Of a stretch of 64,000 nt of DNA, positions 18,008 through 27,007 are shown in pieces. The position numbers and the translations under genes were made by a program. Below the pieces are notes generated by a model. The model was given only the letters and a program-made list of their open reading frames with translations. It ran no database searches and was not told the origin of the DNA. The stretch's first letter is position 1, and every line of letters begins with the position of its first letter. The DNA comes from a virus: the IMG/VR virus record IMGVR_UViG_3300048066_000291, positions 1 through 64,000 of that record. One strand, written 5' to 3'.

Positions 18008-18420
18008 GTGCGTTCTCTTTCTGCTATACGATTACGCAAATCACTGGACGAGAAGCGGTGATCTCTTTTGTTGAAGTGTAGCTGGATACCCCGCTTCTTG
18101 CAAATATCCTTGCCCGTAAAATCCTTTTCACGATACTCTTCACCTAATATTCTAACATCTATTTGATACATTGTCAAGATATCTTCTAGGTCTGCTTCAG
18201 TACCGTATGGAATAATTTCATCTACATATGCTATTGCTTTGAGTTGTGTGTAACGCTCAACAACAGTTTGTATAGGAGCGTTCTTTTCTGCTCTATCTAC
18301 ACTTGGATCAACTTGTAATCCACAGATAAGATAATCACATTGTTCTTTTGCTTCACGCAACATTTGTACATGTCCTGCGTGAAGTAAATCAAATGTACTA
18401 CAAGTGAACCCTACTCGCAT
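18004..18420 (-). CDS. cytidylyltransferase (TagD/RfaE-like)
   Basis: FDLLHAGH (HxGH) motif, VDE, R...SSS motif. Confidence 0.85.
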   Translation of the reverse strand: MRVGFTCSTFDLLHAGHVQMLREAKEQCDYLICGLQVDPSVDRAEKNAPIQTVVERYTQLKAIAYVDEIIPYGTEADLEDILTMYQIDVRILGEEYREKDFTGKDICKKRGIQLHFNKRDHRFSSSDLRNRIAERERT

Positions 18421-18524
18421 TCATCTTCCTCCTTGTATCTTATGCTTTCAATAATATCTAACAAAGATTGTATTTCTTCGCTGTCTCTTTCCGTATCCAA
18501 TTCTATTTCTAATTTAATCTTCAT
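18411..18524 (-). CDS. small acidic hypothetical protein (37 aa)
   Basis: Read from the sequence (MKIKLEIELD...); fills the gap, ATGA-coupled. Confidence 0.5.
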   Translation of the reverse strand: MKIKLEIELDTERDSEEIQSLLDIIESIRYKEEDECE

Positions 18525-18925
18525 ATTTGTAATCCTTGGACCAAATTCATAGCAACTGCTGTGCCACTAATAGCTGATCCTATCATAATTGCTCTATCAC
18601 CCCACGTCATACCAACAAATACCCAACCGCATGAGCTAAGGACATATAGTGTTTGTCCGTAGAGTGTCCATCCTGCACTGAGTGCAAATACACCCAATAC
18701 TGCTAGTATCATACTAGCCCATTTAACGTACCAATCAAGTGTACCAGTTGGCGTAGTAGGAGTAAGATCCTCTACTTCTGCTTGTACCTGCGCAAGTTCC
18801 TCTTTGAGTCTTTTGCGTTCAATATTAAGTTCCATAGCCAACTTGCCTGCTTTAGACATTGTACTATCTTTATATCTATCAACAGTTTCTACATCAAGTT
18901 CAGTTTCAAGTGACTGATCGCTCAT
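18521..18925 (-). CDS. membrane protein
   Basis: N-terminal coiled coil plus about 3 hydrophobic helices. Confidence 0.7.
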   Translation of the reverse strand: MSDQSLETELDVETVDRYKDSTMSKAGKLAMELNIERKRLKEELAQVQAEVEDLTPTTPTGTLDWYVKWASMILAVLGVFALSAGWTLYGQTLYVLSSCGWVFVGMTWGDRAIMIGSAISGTAVAMNLVQGLQI

Positions 18926-18926
18926 A

Positions 18927-21599
18927 TCAATCTCCAAAGTCAAACAAACTACTAAATGTATTGTGACGCTTAGTATCTTCTAGTGGATAGTTAAGCACAC
19001 CAATCAAATTATCTAATTTGTTGTCAATAATAGTTTCCGCCATAGCCGCATCGTCAAATGGCAATTCTTTAAACCACTCTGGAATACGCAGCTCATCTGT
19101 TGGATATGCTACACTAGTATAGCCTAGCGGATTCTGTTTTAGTTTACAAACAATAACTTTCATACCATCTACAATTTCTTGAGAATATTTATCACCGTTC
19201 ATACGCTTCAATGTATTCCAGTTGATGCTTGCTCTTACGTGCCCAGGCATGTTTGCTTTGCCTTGCTTTTGCTCAAGACGCTGATAGTGTCCAATTTTGT
19301 TTGCACGTTTGGGTGAACCTTTTTCCCAACCAGGACGTTCACTAAATTCCTTGCGGAACTCTGTAATACGTTCGAGCACATCTTCCTGCGGAACATCAGT
19401 AAGCACCATTAGTAATAGCTCTTTCAAAAAGTCTTGCATAAACACAGGCGTATCTGATCTACGCAAGTCTAAGCCCATTGCTTTTACTTTACCTGCTTTG
19501 CCGTCAATGTCAGTTCTAAAACCTTCATTGTCAATTACTAGTGCCGCATAACGCTTCTTAGTAATATACAAACCAGATTGTGCAATAATTTCTCTACCTG
19601 CCGCAATAACATCGCTACGTGACTTTGGACAATGAAATGCTTGCATCATAAAGTCTGGAAATGTTGTATTTGCTTGCTCACATACTTGATCCATCAGTGC
19701 AATACACTTTTCTTTAGACCATTCTAGTTTGCCAGCATCTACATCATCTTTGAGCAACGGCCAAGCACTAAAGTAACAAGAATCAGTATCACCATAGATC
19801 ATTGCTTTGCCTACGTGATCATATTCGCCTGTAATGCAGTTGTTTACTTCAGCACTCATATGCTTAACAATACTACGACCTGTTAGTGTAGTAGACTGAC
19901 CAATACGCTTATCATAAAAACGACACCCAGGATTGAGAATAGCGCCGTACAAGCTATTAAGATTAATTTTTTTAACAAGTTGTCTTTTATCCCAATATTC
20001 AATTTCTGCATCAAGATTTGCATCTTTTGCTTTTTTTAGTTTCTTTTGCAGTTCTTTACGTTCTGCATACCAACGTGTTAAGATACCTGGAATAACACCT
20101 TCAAACTCTGTTGTAAAGATTGTACCATTAGCACTAAGCATCCAAGGCATTTGACTGTCAAATATAAGTTGAAATATCTCTGCACCGCTTAGTACGTCTG
20201 TTCGGCCGTCTTCCCAGTCAACTGTAAGTGCAATATCTTTGCGTTGCGCCATAACTGCTTCGTATTCTTCTGTACTAAAGCGTCCTTCCCAACTGCCTGC
20301 AAAAGACTTTTTCTTTAGTGTCATATCTTCATGCACACGGGCTTCACTAATCTCAGGACGTATTTGTCCAATAATAGTTTCTGGAGCCATATTTAATGCA
20401 CGAATCACACTTGGATACAGACTGTTTAAGTCCATACTAGCAATCCACTTGTGCAAGCCTTTCTTAGGAAACGCAACATATGCACCAGCAGCCTGTGTGC
20501 TTTCACTATCGTCGCGCTTTGGTCTATTAGGAACTTGAAGTCCTCTATTGTGTGCTTCGTTAACAATACCTTGCTCTGTAACAGCAACAGCACCCATAGT
20601 AGTCTGTAGTAATACAGTGTTTTCATGTGCAATTGAATTACTAAGATCAATAAAGCGTAGCTTCTTGTCTAGTTTGTCAAGTAGTGCAGTATCTTGAATG
20701 TTATATTCAATAAACTTACGGAAGTCGTTGTTGTATAATTGATCAAGTGTACCTTCATATGGCACTTTGTTTTCACCAACTTCAATTTCACCAATAGCAT
20801 CTAATCGATATGTGTGACGTTCTTCATATGTATACTTACGATACAGTTCTAAACTGTCTAAATGTACACGACCTACTAAATCAAATGTAACTGCTTGCTT
20901 CCCATACTTTTCATATTCACGTTTCTTAGGCAATTGCCCCCACAAACAAAAACGTCTTGTGTCGTCTTTGCTTAGTACACGCATAGTTCTGTTTACAGTA
21001 TACGGAATATCATATCCCTCACTGTTCCAACCTGATAAAATATCAGCATCTTCAATTAGTGTTAAGAACGTGTCAATCATATCACCTTCACGTTCAAACA
21101 GCATTACATTGTCAATGCCTTCTAGTTCTTTTTCAGCTTGTTCCATTGTAAGTGTCTTAGGCGGAACTGCCAAACATACCATTGTTTCTAGCCACTGCAA
21201 ATACACAGAGATACTTGTAATAGGCATAAACGGATCTGCAGGATCAGCAAATCCTTTCTCTGGATCAAAGTCTGTCTCAATATCAAAGAAAGCAATGTTT
21301 AGTTTAGGAGCATCTTGATTAAGATAATTCTCACTTAAACATTGGAATATAGGATTAATGTCACTTTCAAACAAGTTCTTACCCTTGTTAATAGCAACTT
21401 CTTTGCGGAAGTCTTTTGTGTTTTTACACACAATACGACTTAGAGGATCACCGTACATACTTTTGTACTTGCCTCTTTGATCTTCATAATAAAAAGTGTA
21501 TTTTGCTTGATATTCACGGAAAGTTCTCTTTCCGTCTTTACGTTCGACTACTCGAATAATATCTTGATCGCGATCAAACATCGCATCAACGTATGGCAT
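18927..21599 (-). CDS. family B DNA polymerase (gp43-like)
   Basis: Exonuclease motifs DIET, WNSEGYD, YNIQD; polymerase motifs DLNSLYPS, KINLNSLYG, YGDTDS, KKRY; C-terminal clamp-binding-like SLFDF. Confidence 0.97.
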   Translation of the reverse strand: MPYVDAMFDRDQDIIRVVERKDGKRTFREYQAKYTFYYEDQRGKYKSMYGDPLSRIVCKNTKDFRKEVAINKGKNLFESDINPIFQCLSENYLNQDAPKLNIAFFDIETDFDPEKGFADPADPFMPITSISVYLQWLETMVCLAVPPKTLTMEQAEKELEGIDNVMLFEREGDMIDTFLTLIEDADILSGWNSEGYDIPYTVNRTMRVLSKDDTRRFCLWGQLPKKREYEKYGKQAVTFDLVGRVHLDSLELYRKYTYEERHTYRLDAIGEIEVGENKVPYEGTLDQLYNNDFRKFIEYNIQDTALLDKLDKKLRFIDLSNSIAHENTVLLQTTMGAVAVTEQGIVNEAHNRGLQVPNRPKRDDSESTQAAGAYVAFPKKGLHKWIASMDLNSLYPSVIRALNMAPETIIGQIRPEISEARVHEDMTLKKKSFAGSWEGRFSTEEYEAVMAQRKDIALTVDWEDGRTDVLSGAEIFQLIFDSQMPWMLSANGTIFTTEFEGVIPGILTRWYAERKELQKKLKKAKDANLDAEIEYWDKRQLVKKINLNSLYGAILNPGCRFYDKRIGQSTTLTGRSIVKHMSAEVNNCITGEYDHVGKAMIYGDTDSCYFSAWPLLKDDVDAGKLEWSKEKCIALMDQVCEQANTTFPDFMMQAFHCPKSRSDVIAAGREIIAQSGLYITKKRYAALVIDNEGFRTDIDGKAGKVKAMGLDLRRSDTPVFMQDFLKELLLMVLTDVPQEDVLERITEFRKEFSERPGWEKGSPKRANKIGHYQRLEQKQGKANMPGHVRASINWNTLKRMNGDKYSQEIVDGMKVIVCKLKQNPLGYTSVAYPTDELRIPEWFKELPFDDAAMAETIIDNKLDNLIGVLNYPLEDTKRHNTFSSLFDFGD

Positions 21600-21676
21600 T
21601 CATTTCTCCTTGTTGTTTGTGGCCAACATAACCTTTAACCTGTTCGTAAGTGAACGACTCTAACATATATATGCTA

Positions 21677-21958
21677 TCATATAAAAAATAGTTGATATAA
21701 TGAATATGCATTCATTGCTGTAAACCAACTACATAATACAATAACAAATGCTGCTTTTCTAATTACAGCACTTACAATACCTAGTATACTACCTATAAGA
21801 TACATTGGAACAAATGTCTTGGTAGCAGGATCTAAGATAGTAAAGGCCAAAACAGCACTTGCACCAATAAGCAATACTGCTTCGACCATTTCAGCGTAAA
21901 ACGCTACTGGACTAGTTTTATAACTTTCTTTAAAGAAATGTCCTATTGTTTTAATCAC
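21677..21958 (-). CDS. small membrane protein
   Basis: 93 aa with about 3 hydrophobic segments. Confidence 0.65.
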   Translation of the reverse strand: MIKTIGHFFKESYKTSPVAFYAEMVEAVLLIGASAVLAFTILDPATKTFVPMYLIGSILGIVSAVIRKAAFVIVLCSWFTAMNAYSLYQLFFI

Positions 21959-22215
21959 TTATCGTAACCTAATGTAGTAATAATTGTTTCTAGATCGTCA
22001 TATGCATCAGCATGTGAATCCCAATCACGTTTTTGTGCAATTTTAATTGCTTTGTTAATAAGACTTGGTTTGATATCCATTTCTTCTGCAACAGCTTTTA
22101 CTGTTTCTTTTAGACCTGTGTTTAGATCTTCTACTTCCTGCAATACTGTTACGCCTTCTTTGACAAGACGTTCTAGTTTTGCTTTTTCTTCTGCTCCGTA
22201 GGTGCGACTACCCAT
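21955..22215 (-). CDS. DsbA-like dsDNA-binding protein (T4 DsbA/GapR-like)
   Basis: 86 aa helical protein with LKE..K...EE.DI....INKAIK pattern. Confidence 0.55.
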   Translation of the reverse strand: MGSRTYGAEEKAKLERLVKEGVTVLQEVEDLNTGLKETVKAVAEEMDIKPSLINKAIKIAQKRDWDSHADAYDDLETIITTLGYDK

Positions 22216-22250
22216 TACTATTCTCCTATTAATAGTTTATATTAAGTTAT

Positions 22251-22279
22251 ATTATACGATATATTTAGAGGTTTGTCAA
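22251..22279 (-). promoter_or_regulatory. sigma70-type promoter
   Basis: TTGACA-17nt-TATAAT. Confidence 0.85.
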
Positions 22280-22283
22280 GTGT

Positions 22284-22916
22284 TTAAAACACTTTTTTGT
22301 TATCAAAAGCACGTTCCCAGCCAAAAAATTGTGCTTTATAATCTGAATGATCATCGGAGCTTAGGTTCTCCCATTCATCTTTACGCTGGTATAAACGCAT
22401 TGCGCCGTCATACCAGTCTGTGTTATCTATGATTGCTTCTAAGCGTTCTTTTGCATCTAATGCTTCTTCTATATTATCGAAGTCTTGTTCGATATGAATC
22501 ACTTCCATTACTACATTGTGTGTAACATAGTCTAATGAAAAGTCAATACCCCATTTTGGTTTGATGTTTAGTAATTTTTGAAGTATTGGACGATTAACAC
22601 AAACTTCTTCTAATTGTTGTCTAGCTGCACCTGCAAATGCATAACGAGTTAGCAACATACAATGATCTAATACTAGCCCGTGTTCACTTTGTTCTGTATC
22701 GTGATACCATTCTTGCACAGGTGCTATATGATATTGTATTTCTCTATTAAGCTCGACACCGTTTTCTTCATAATGCAAATGTTCTAAAGGTGTTGGAACC
22801 TCATAACCATCTTTGTCAAAGTCTTTGAATGGAAGTGTTTCTACTAAATGGTTTTGTATAGGTTTGGTTAAGAAAGGTGTGTGAGTAAATGTTGGATTAA
22901 GATTTACTAATTGCAT
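22284..22916 (-). CDS. hypothetical protein
   Basis: 210 aa ORF. Confidence 0.75.
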   Translation of the reverse strand: MQLVNLNPTFTHTPFLTKPIQNHLVETLPFKDFDKDGYEVPTPLEHLHYEENGVELNREIQYHIAPVQEWYHDTEQSEHGLVLDHCMLLTRYAFAGAARQQLEEVCVNRPILQKLLNIKPKWGIDFSLDYVTHNVVMEVIHIEQDFDNIEEALDAKERLEAIIDNTDWYDGAMRLYQRKDEWENLSSDDHSDYKAQFFGWERAFDNKKVF

Positions 22917-23493
22917 TTAACTTTGCCCATAACTCGTCTTTGATCGACTCAGTAGCATAGTTTGCTTTGTGTTTCATTTTGCCAGCTTTAGCATCTTTTT
23001 TCTTATCTTTGTGTGCGCCCATTGCTCCACTCTTACGCAAATCATTCATGTACTGTGCATTAGGATCACGAGCTTTAATAACTTTATCTTTAGTTGCTTC
23101 TGCTAACATTACTTCTAACTGTGCAACACGAGCTTCTAACTGTGCAATTCGGTCATCATCTTCGCCTACAAGTTTATCTTTTAACGGATGTTTAGTACGT
23201 CCAGGCTTTGCACTAGGCATTGGATCTTTACCCTTTGCCTGCCCTGCAGAACCTTTCTTTTGTGATTCAGTAAGTGCAACACCTGCTAGAGCAGCAAAGT
23301 CACCTAAACTGTAGTCACCTTCAACTGGCATAGTACCTTCTTTTACTTCAACACTTTCTTGCACATAATTTACAGTCTCTGCTACATTTCCCTGCGCCTG
23401 ACTGCTTGCCGACTCAGTTAGTTTGCGCAAGTCTTCTGCTGGATCAGTTGGATCTAGTGCAAATAGTTTATGTTGTAGTGCATTGTAGTCCAT
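22897..23493 (-). CDS. charged modular protein, putative internal virion protein
   Basis: 198 aa with many xxE|S/A sites and Lys-rich segments. Confidence 0.65.
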   Translation of the reverse strand: MDYNALQHKLFALDPTDPAEDLRKLTESASSQAQGNVAETVNYVQESVEVKEGTMPVEGDYSLGDFAALAGVALTESQKKGSAGQAKGKDPMPSAKPGRTKHPLKDKLVGEDDDRIAQLEARVAQLEVMLAEATKDKVIKARDPNAQYMNDLRKSGAMGAHKDKKKDAKAGKMKHKANYATESIKDELWAKLNAISKS

Positions 23494-23495
23494 GA

Positions 23496-24182
23496 TTAAT
23501 CACACTTGCACGAGCCAGGCTGGCCACGCGGTACTCCTGCTACTTTACGACAGCCTTTCCAGCACTTCTTATAGATTTTGCTGTTGCCGTGACGCTTGCC
23601 TTCTTCAAGATCTGCAAGTTCTTTCTTTTCAGAAGCAGTTAGCATTGCTTTGCCGCATTCGTTACAAGTTTGTTCAGACTCAGAAAGTTTTGATGCTAAT
23701 CTATCTTGGAGTGATTCTTTTCTAAGACTAGTTTTTTTCTTTTTGCCACTTGCTTTGCCGGCATGTACTGCTTTACGGTGTGCATCTGATTTAAACTTAC
23801 CTTCTTCAACCTTTGGGTCATTACAATTGCAATGCTCGCAATCTGCAGGACATTTACAGTCTTCTCTTTTAAGCTCTGCACCGCAACATTTATCTGAACA
23901 ATGAGTATCTTTCTTTGATTCTCCTAATTGCCCGCCGTCGTGTGCCATATCATAATCAAGTGAGTGATATACAGAACCTAAATAGTCTGCGGCTTTTGTA
24001 ATTTTAGCTTGTTGCCAACCTTCAATACCTTCAGCTTCAGAAACAGTTTTAAGCATTTCATGTAGTTTGATAGCATACTTTGCTAGTTTATAAAGATCGG
24101 CACGAGCCATTTGAACTTCATGGTCGCGTTCAGCAACGTCAGCTAGTTCGCCTAATCCTTCTTCAATTTCTTGTTTTCTCAT
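23496..24182 (-). CDS. charged modular protein with Cys-rich segments
   Basis: 228 aa; N-terminus MRKQEIEEG; three Cys clusters. Confidence 0.7.
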   Translation of the reverse strand: MRKQEIEEGLGELADVAERDHEVQMARADLYKLAKYAIKLHEMLKTVSEAEGIEGWQQAKITKAADYLGSVYHSLDYDMAHDGGQLGESKKDTHCSDKCCGAELKREDCKCPADCEHCNCNDPKVEEGKFKSDAHRKAVHAGKASGKKKKTSLRKESLQDRLASKLSESEQTCNECGKAMLTASEKKELADLEEGKRHGNSKIYKKCWKGCRKVAGVPRGQPGSCKCD

Positions 24183-24193
24183 TGGTTGCTCCG

Positions 24194-24484
24194 TTATCTC
24201 TTAACCGCTTTTTTCTTTTTCTTTGACCCAGGCGCACGTTTAATAGTACCAACGCCACCGCCTACAAATCCATTACCTCCACCCATACTAGATGCTACAT
24301 CACCAGCAGTTGTTTCAGTTTTAACTTTAGTTTTTTTCTTTTGGTCTTTTTTATCTTTATCTTTTTCACCTGCGTCTTTCAACCCAGCCTTAAATGGAGA
24401 TACTACAGCATCACGATCGTTGTATTTCTTAAAGCCATGCTTTACAGAATCTACAAACCCTTCGTCAATTTCATGCATTTTCAT
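24194..24484 (-). CDS. Lys-rich small protein
   Basis: 96 aa; N-terminus MKMHEIDEG; AAGGAG RBS and late promoter. Confidence 0.7.
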   Translation of the reverse strand: MKMHEIDEGFVDSVKHGFKKYNDRDAVVSPFKAGLKDAGEKDKDKKDQKKKTKVKTETTAGDVASSMGGGNGFVGGGVGTIKRAPGSKKKKKAVKR

Positions 24485-24502
24485 AGTATACTCCTTATAG
24501 TA

Positions 24503-24510
24503 TATTTATC
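24503..24510 (-). promoter_or_regulatory. late promoter GATAAATA
   Basis: Recurrent octamer overlapping the upstream stop codon. Confidence 0.7.
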
Positions 24511-24682
24511 TAGTTAAGTTAACTTTGTAATTTTTCCAGTACTGGTTGCGTTCATTAGTACTTGTTGCATTTGCTTCGTGTTCTTTATATTTTTCAATAT
24601 AATGATCTAAATTATTTCTATTTTCATACTCTAACCATTCGCTACTATATCCAATTTGCTTATGACCAGAATCCCAAACCAC
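24506..24682 (-). CDS. small hypothetical protein (58 aa)
   Basis: Read from the sequence (GTG start, VWDSGHKQ...NLTR); TAGTG-coupled to the upstream ORF and fills the gap. Confidence 0.5.
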   Translation of the reverse strand: MVWDSGHKQIGYSSEWLEYENRNNLDHYIEKYKEHEANATSTNERNQYWKNYKVNLTR

Positions 24683-24873
24683 TATCTTTGATCCAATATG
24701 TTTTGCATTGTTTTAGTTGCTGTTTCAGTAAAGAAGCGTGGAGCAACACTGTGTACTACTAGTGCTGGTACAAGTAATTGCAATTTTACGGCTGTTGTTA
24801 ATGCAGCCTTCATATGTTCTAATCCTGTTTCACCTTTTTCATCTAGGTGTAATTTACATTGTTTACTAAACAT
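24682..24873 (-). CDS. DUF6356-like small protein
   Basis: HL...GET..EHM..A...LVVH...P.FF pattern. Confidence 0.55.
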   Translation of the reverse strand: MFSKQCKLHLDEKGETGLEHMKAALTTAVKLQLLVPALVVHSVAPRFFTETATKTMQNILDQR

Positions 24874-25613
24874 TATTTCTTCTTTCTACCTGACTTCATA
24901 TTTGCACACCAGTGATACATTTTAGCCTTTTCACCACTTGCGTTCTTAGCACGTTTGCGTAGTGCTGTAACTGATCCATTGCAACTAGCACCAGACTTTT
25001 TTACTCTGCCTGGTCTGCTTTTGCCTTTTTTCTTACCGTCAGCAAAGTTTTCATCTACATGTGCATCATCACCTGGTTTATCAGCATCTTGTGTTTTGTA
25101 TCCTGCTTTTTTAAGACCTTTCTTAAGATGGTCTTTTTCTTTCTTACCACCAAACGGAACAATCATTACATCTGGTTCGTCTCTGTTGTCACTTTTCTTA
25201 GCATTTGATAAGTTAGAAATAGTTTTTCCTACTCTTAAAAAGTCATATGCAGTATCTGACTTTGATAAAAATGTGTTTTTTGGATTGTCAATAGCTTGTC
25301 CTTCGTCTAGTGTACGTGCATTTAAATGACCTAAATGTTCGTCAATATGTAGTGCAAGTTCGAAGTCAAGTTGTGTAAGACCACCTACATCGTGTGTGTA
25401 TACCATTAAGATAAGTTCGTTATAGAACACTCCAATATCAGCAAAATGATCTAGTTCAATCTGCGGGTCTTTAATCATTTGTAAAAATTCTAATGCTTGA
25501 TTATAATCATCAAACGCTACTTTTTTATATAAGTATTTTCCTTTACGTATCTCCCAATCAGGAGTAAACTTTGCACGTATTGGTTCTGCTTGTTTTATAT
25601 CTAACTTCTTCAT
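24873..25613 (-). CDS. pterin-4a-carbinolamine dehydratase-like domain fused to basic modules
   Basis: F.DY..ALEF...DHFADI...THDVGGLTQLDFELA; C-terminal Lys-rich modules. Confidence 0.7.
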   Translation of the reverse strand: MKKLDIKQAEPIRAKFTPDWEIRKGKYLYKKVAFDDYNQALEFLQMIKDPQIELDHFADIGVFYNELILMVYTHDVGGLTQLDFELALHIDEHLGHLNARTLDEGQAIDNPKNTFLSKSDTAYDFLRVGKTISNLSNAKKSDNRDEPDVMIVPFGGKKEKDHLKKGLKKAGYKTQDADKPGDDAHVDENFADGKKKGKSRPGRVKKSGASCNGSVTALRKRAKNASGEKAKMYHWCANMKSGRKKK

Positions 25614-25810
25614 TTTACAAGCCCTAAATTAAATAGTACATTAGTACTTTTACCTTTAACTTTTTTACTTAGTGTAGGAGGACGTCCGTCTTTGTCTACT
25701 TTATTGCCAAACTTAGCAGCCTGTTTAGTAACTTCGTCGGGACCTACATCAACAGTTTGATTCTGTTTAGTAATACGTCCAACAGCTTCTAATAATTCAT
25801 TTACTTTCAT
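25610..25810 (-). CDS. small hypothetical protein
   Basis: N-terminus MKVNELLEA. Confidence 0.65.
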   Translation of the reverse strand: MKVNELLEAVGRITKQNQTVDVGPDEVTKQAAKFGNKVDKDGRPPTLSKKVKGKSTNVLFNLGLVK

Positions 25811-26058
25811 TACCAAACCTTAATTACATGAAAATCAACAGGTTTTAAAAATTTAATTTCATTTCTACGTTGATTCAAGTCTATAAAAACAAAGTGCTTT
25901 GGGTTAGTTTTAATTAACTTCTTTGCTTTATATCTTTTTTCCTTCCAAGTTTCAGTTCTAGCACCATCTTGATGTACTGTTACTGTATCAGCTACCCAAA
26001 TAATAAGTTCGTATTCTTCGAGCCAAAACTCGTTCCACCACTTTTTTATTTTACTCAC
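25810..26058 (-). CDS. hypothetical protein
   Basis: 82 aa ORF, coupled to neighbours. Confidence 0.6.
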   Translation of the reverse strand: MSKIKKWWNEFWLEEYELIIWVADTVTVHQDGARTETWKEKRYKAKKLIKTNPKHFVFIDLNQRRNEIKFLKPVDFHVIKVW

Positions 26059-26267
26059 TTTTTATTACGTCCTCTAAAAGTATGTCCTGTCATATAAGGT
26101 TTTGAAAACCACAATTCAAACCATTCTTTGTCGCCCGGCTTAATATTATTTGCTTTTTCTTTTTTCTTTAGTTCTGTAGCAGTTTGGCTCATGTCTTCAA
26201 GAGTGTATTCTGTATACCCTTTAAATTCATTTACCCCTGCTAGTTGTTTAAGCCTTTCAATATCCAT
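26055..26267 (-). CDS. hypothetical protein
   Basis: 70 aa with IKPGDKEWFELWF motif. Confidence 0.65.
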   Translation of the reverse strand: MDIERLKQLAGVNEFKGYTEYTLEDMSQTATELKKKEKANNIKPGDKEWFELWFSKPYMTGHTFRGRNKK

Positions 26268-27007
26268 TATTTTTTAGCCATCTTAGTTGCAGTCGCATAC
26301 ATTACTGCGTCAGCATCTTTACCGTAACGCTTTTTAAATCCAGCCTTTCCTTTTTTCATACCTTTTACAATACGTTCTTTTTCTTTTTCTTCACCTTTGC
26401 TAAGTTCGCGCTCTGTTGTTGCAGGTTCAGCAACGCCCATACCTTTGCGTACTGCATCGTACATAGTTTTAGCAAGTCTCTTATCTGGAGCACCTTGTGC
26501 AAACGATTCTAAATCACCAGCGGCTGCTGCTGCTCTCATTTTACTTGCACTCATACCTTCAGCACCGTCAGCATCTGGATCACGCTCGCCTGCGCTTACT
26601 ACTTTAATTGAATTAAATTTAAAAGGAACATTACCTGCTTTATCAGGTTGTCCGTTGTAAGTGTCGAATAGTTTTTGGAAACTATCTACTCTATCACTGC
26701 CCGCAATAAACACAATATCAGTATAGCCTAGACTTTGTAGTTTCTCTAATGCTTGTATAGGTGTACGTACTGCCTGGTGTCCAATGTTAATGCCGGGGAA
26801 AAACTGCTTTGCTAACTTCATTTTAGTAGCAAAGTCTAATGGATCTGTTTTAGGTTTTTGTGTTTGTGACAAGAAAAGGTAGTGGTCACCGTCTTGTGAA
26901 GTTATAGCGTCGACTAATTTAGCATGACCAATTGTTGGAGGATTTAAACGTCCAAATGCAAGAACTGCCTTCTTTGTCGGTGCTTCAAACAGTTCTCTCA
27001 AAAACAT
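26267..27007 (-). CDS. HxGH-superfamily nucleotidyltransferase-like protein with basic C-terminal module
   Basis: FGRLNPPTIGH, GSDR, SAGERDPD, MSASKMR motifs. Confidence 0.8.
   Translation of the reverse strand: MFLRELFEAPTKKAVLAFGRLNPPTIGHAKLVDAITSQDGDHYLFLSQTQKPKTDPLDFATKMKLAKQFFPGINIGHQAVRTPIQALEKLQSLGYTDIVFIAGSDRVDSFQKLFDTYNGQPDKAGNVPFKFNSIKVVSAGERDPDADGAEGMSASKMRAAAAAGDLESFAQGAPDKRLAKTMYDAVRKGMGVAEPATTERELSKGEEKEKERIVKGMKKGKAGFKKRYGKDADAVMYATATKMAKK

Noticed and set aside
18927-21599. Intron, intein or split in polB (also checked thyA, clpA, phoH)
   Set aside because: The ORFs are continuous and of normal length, with no splicing motifs
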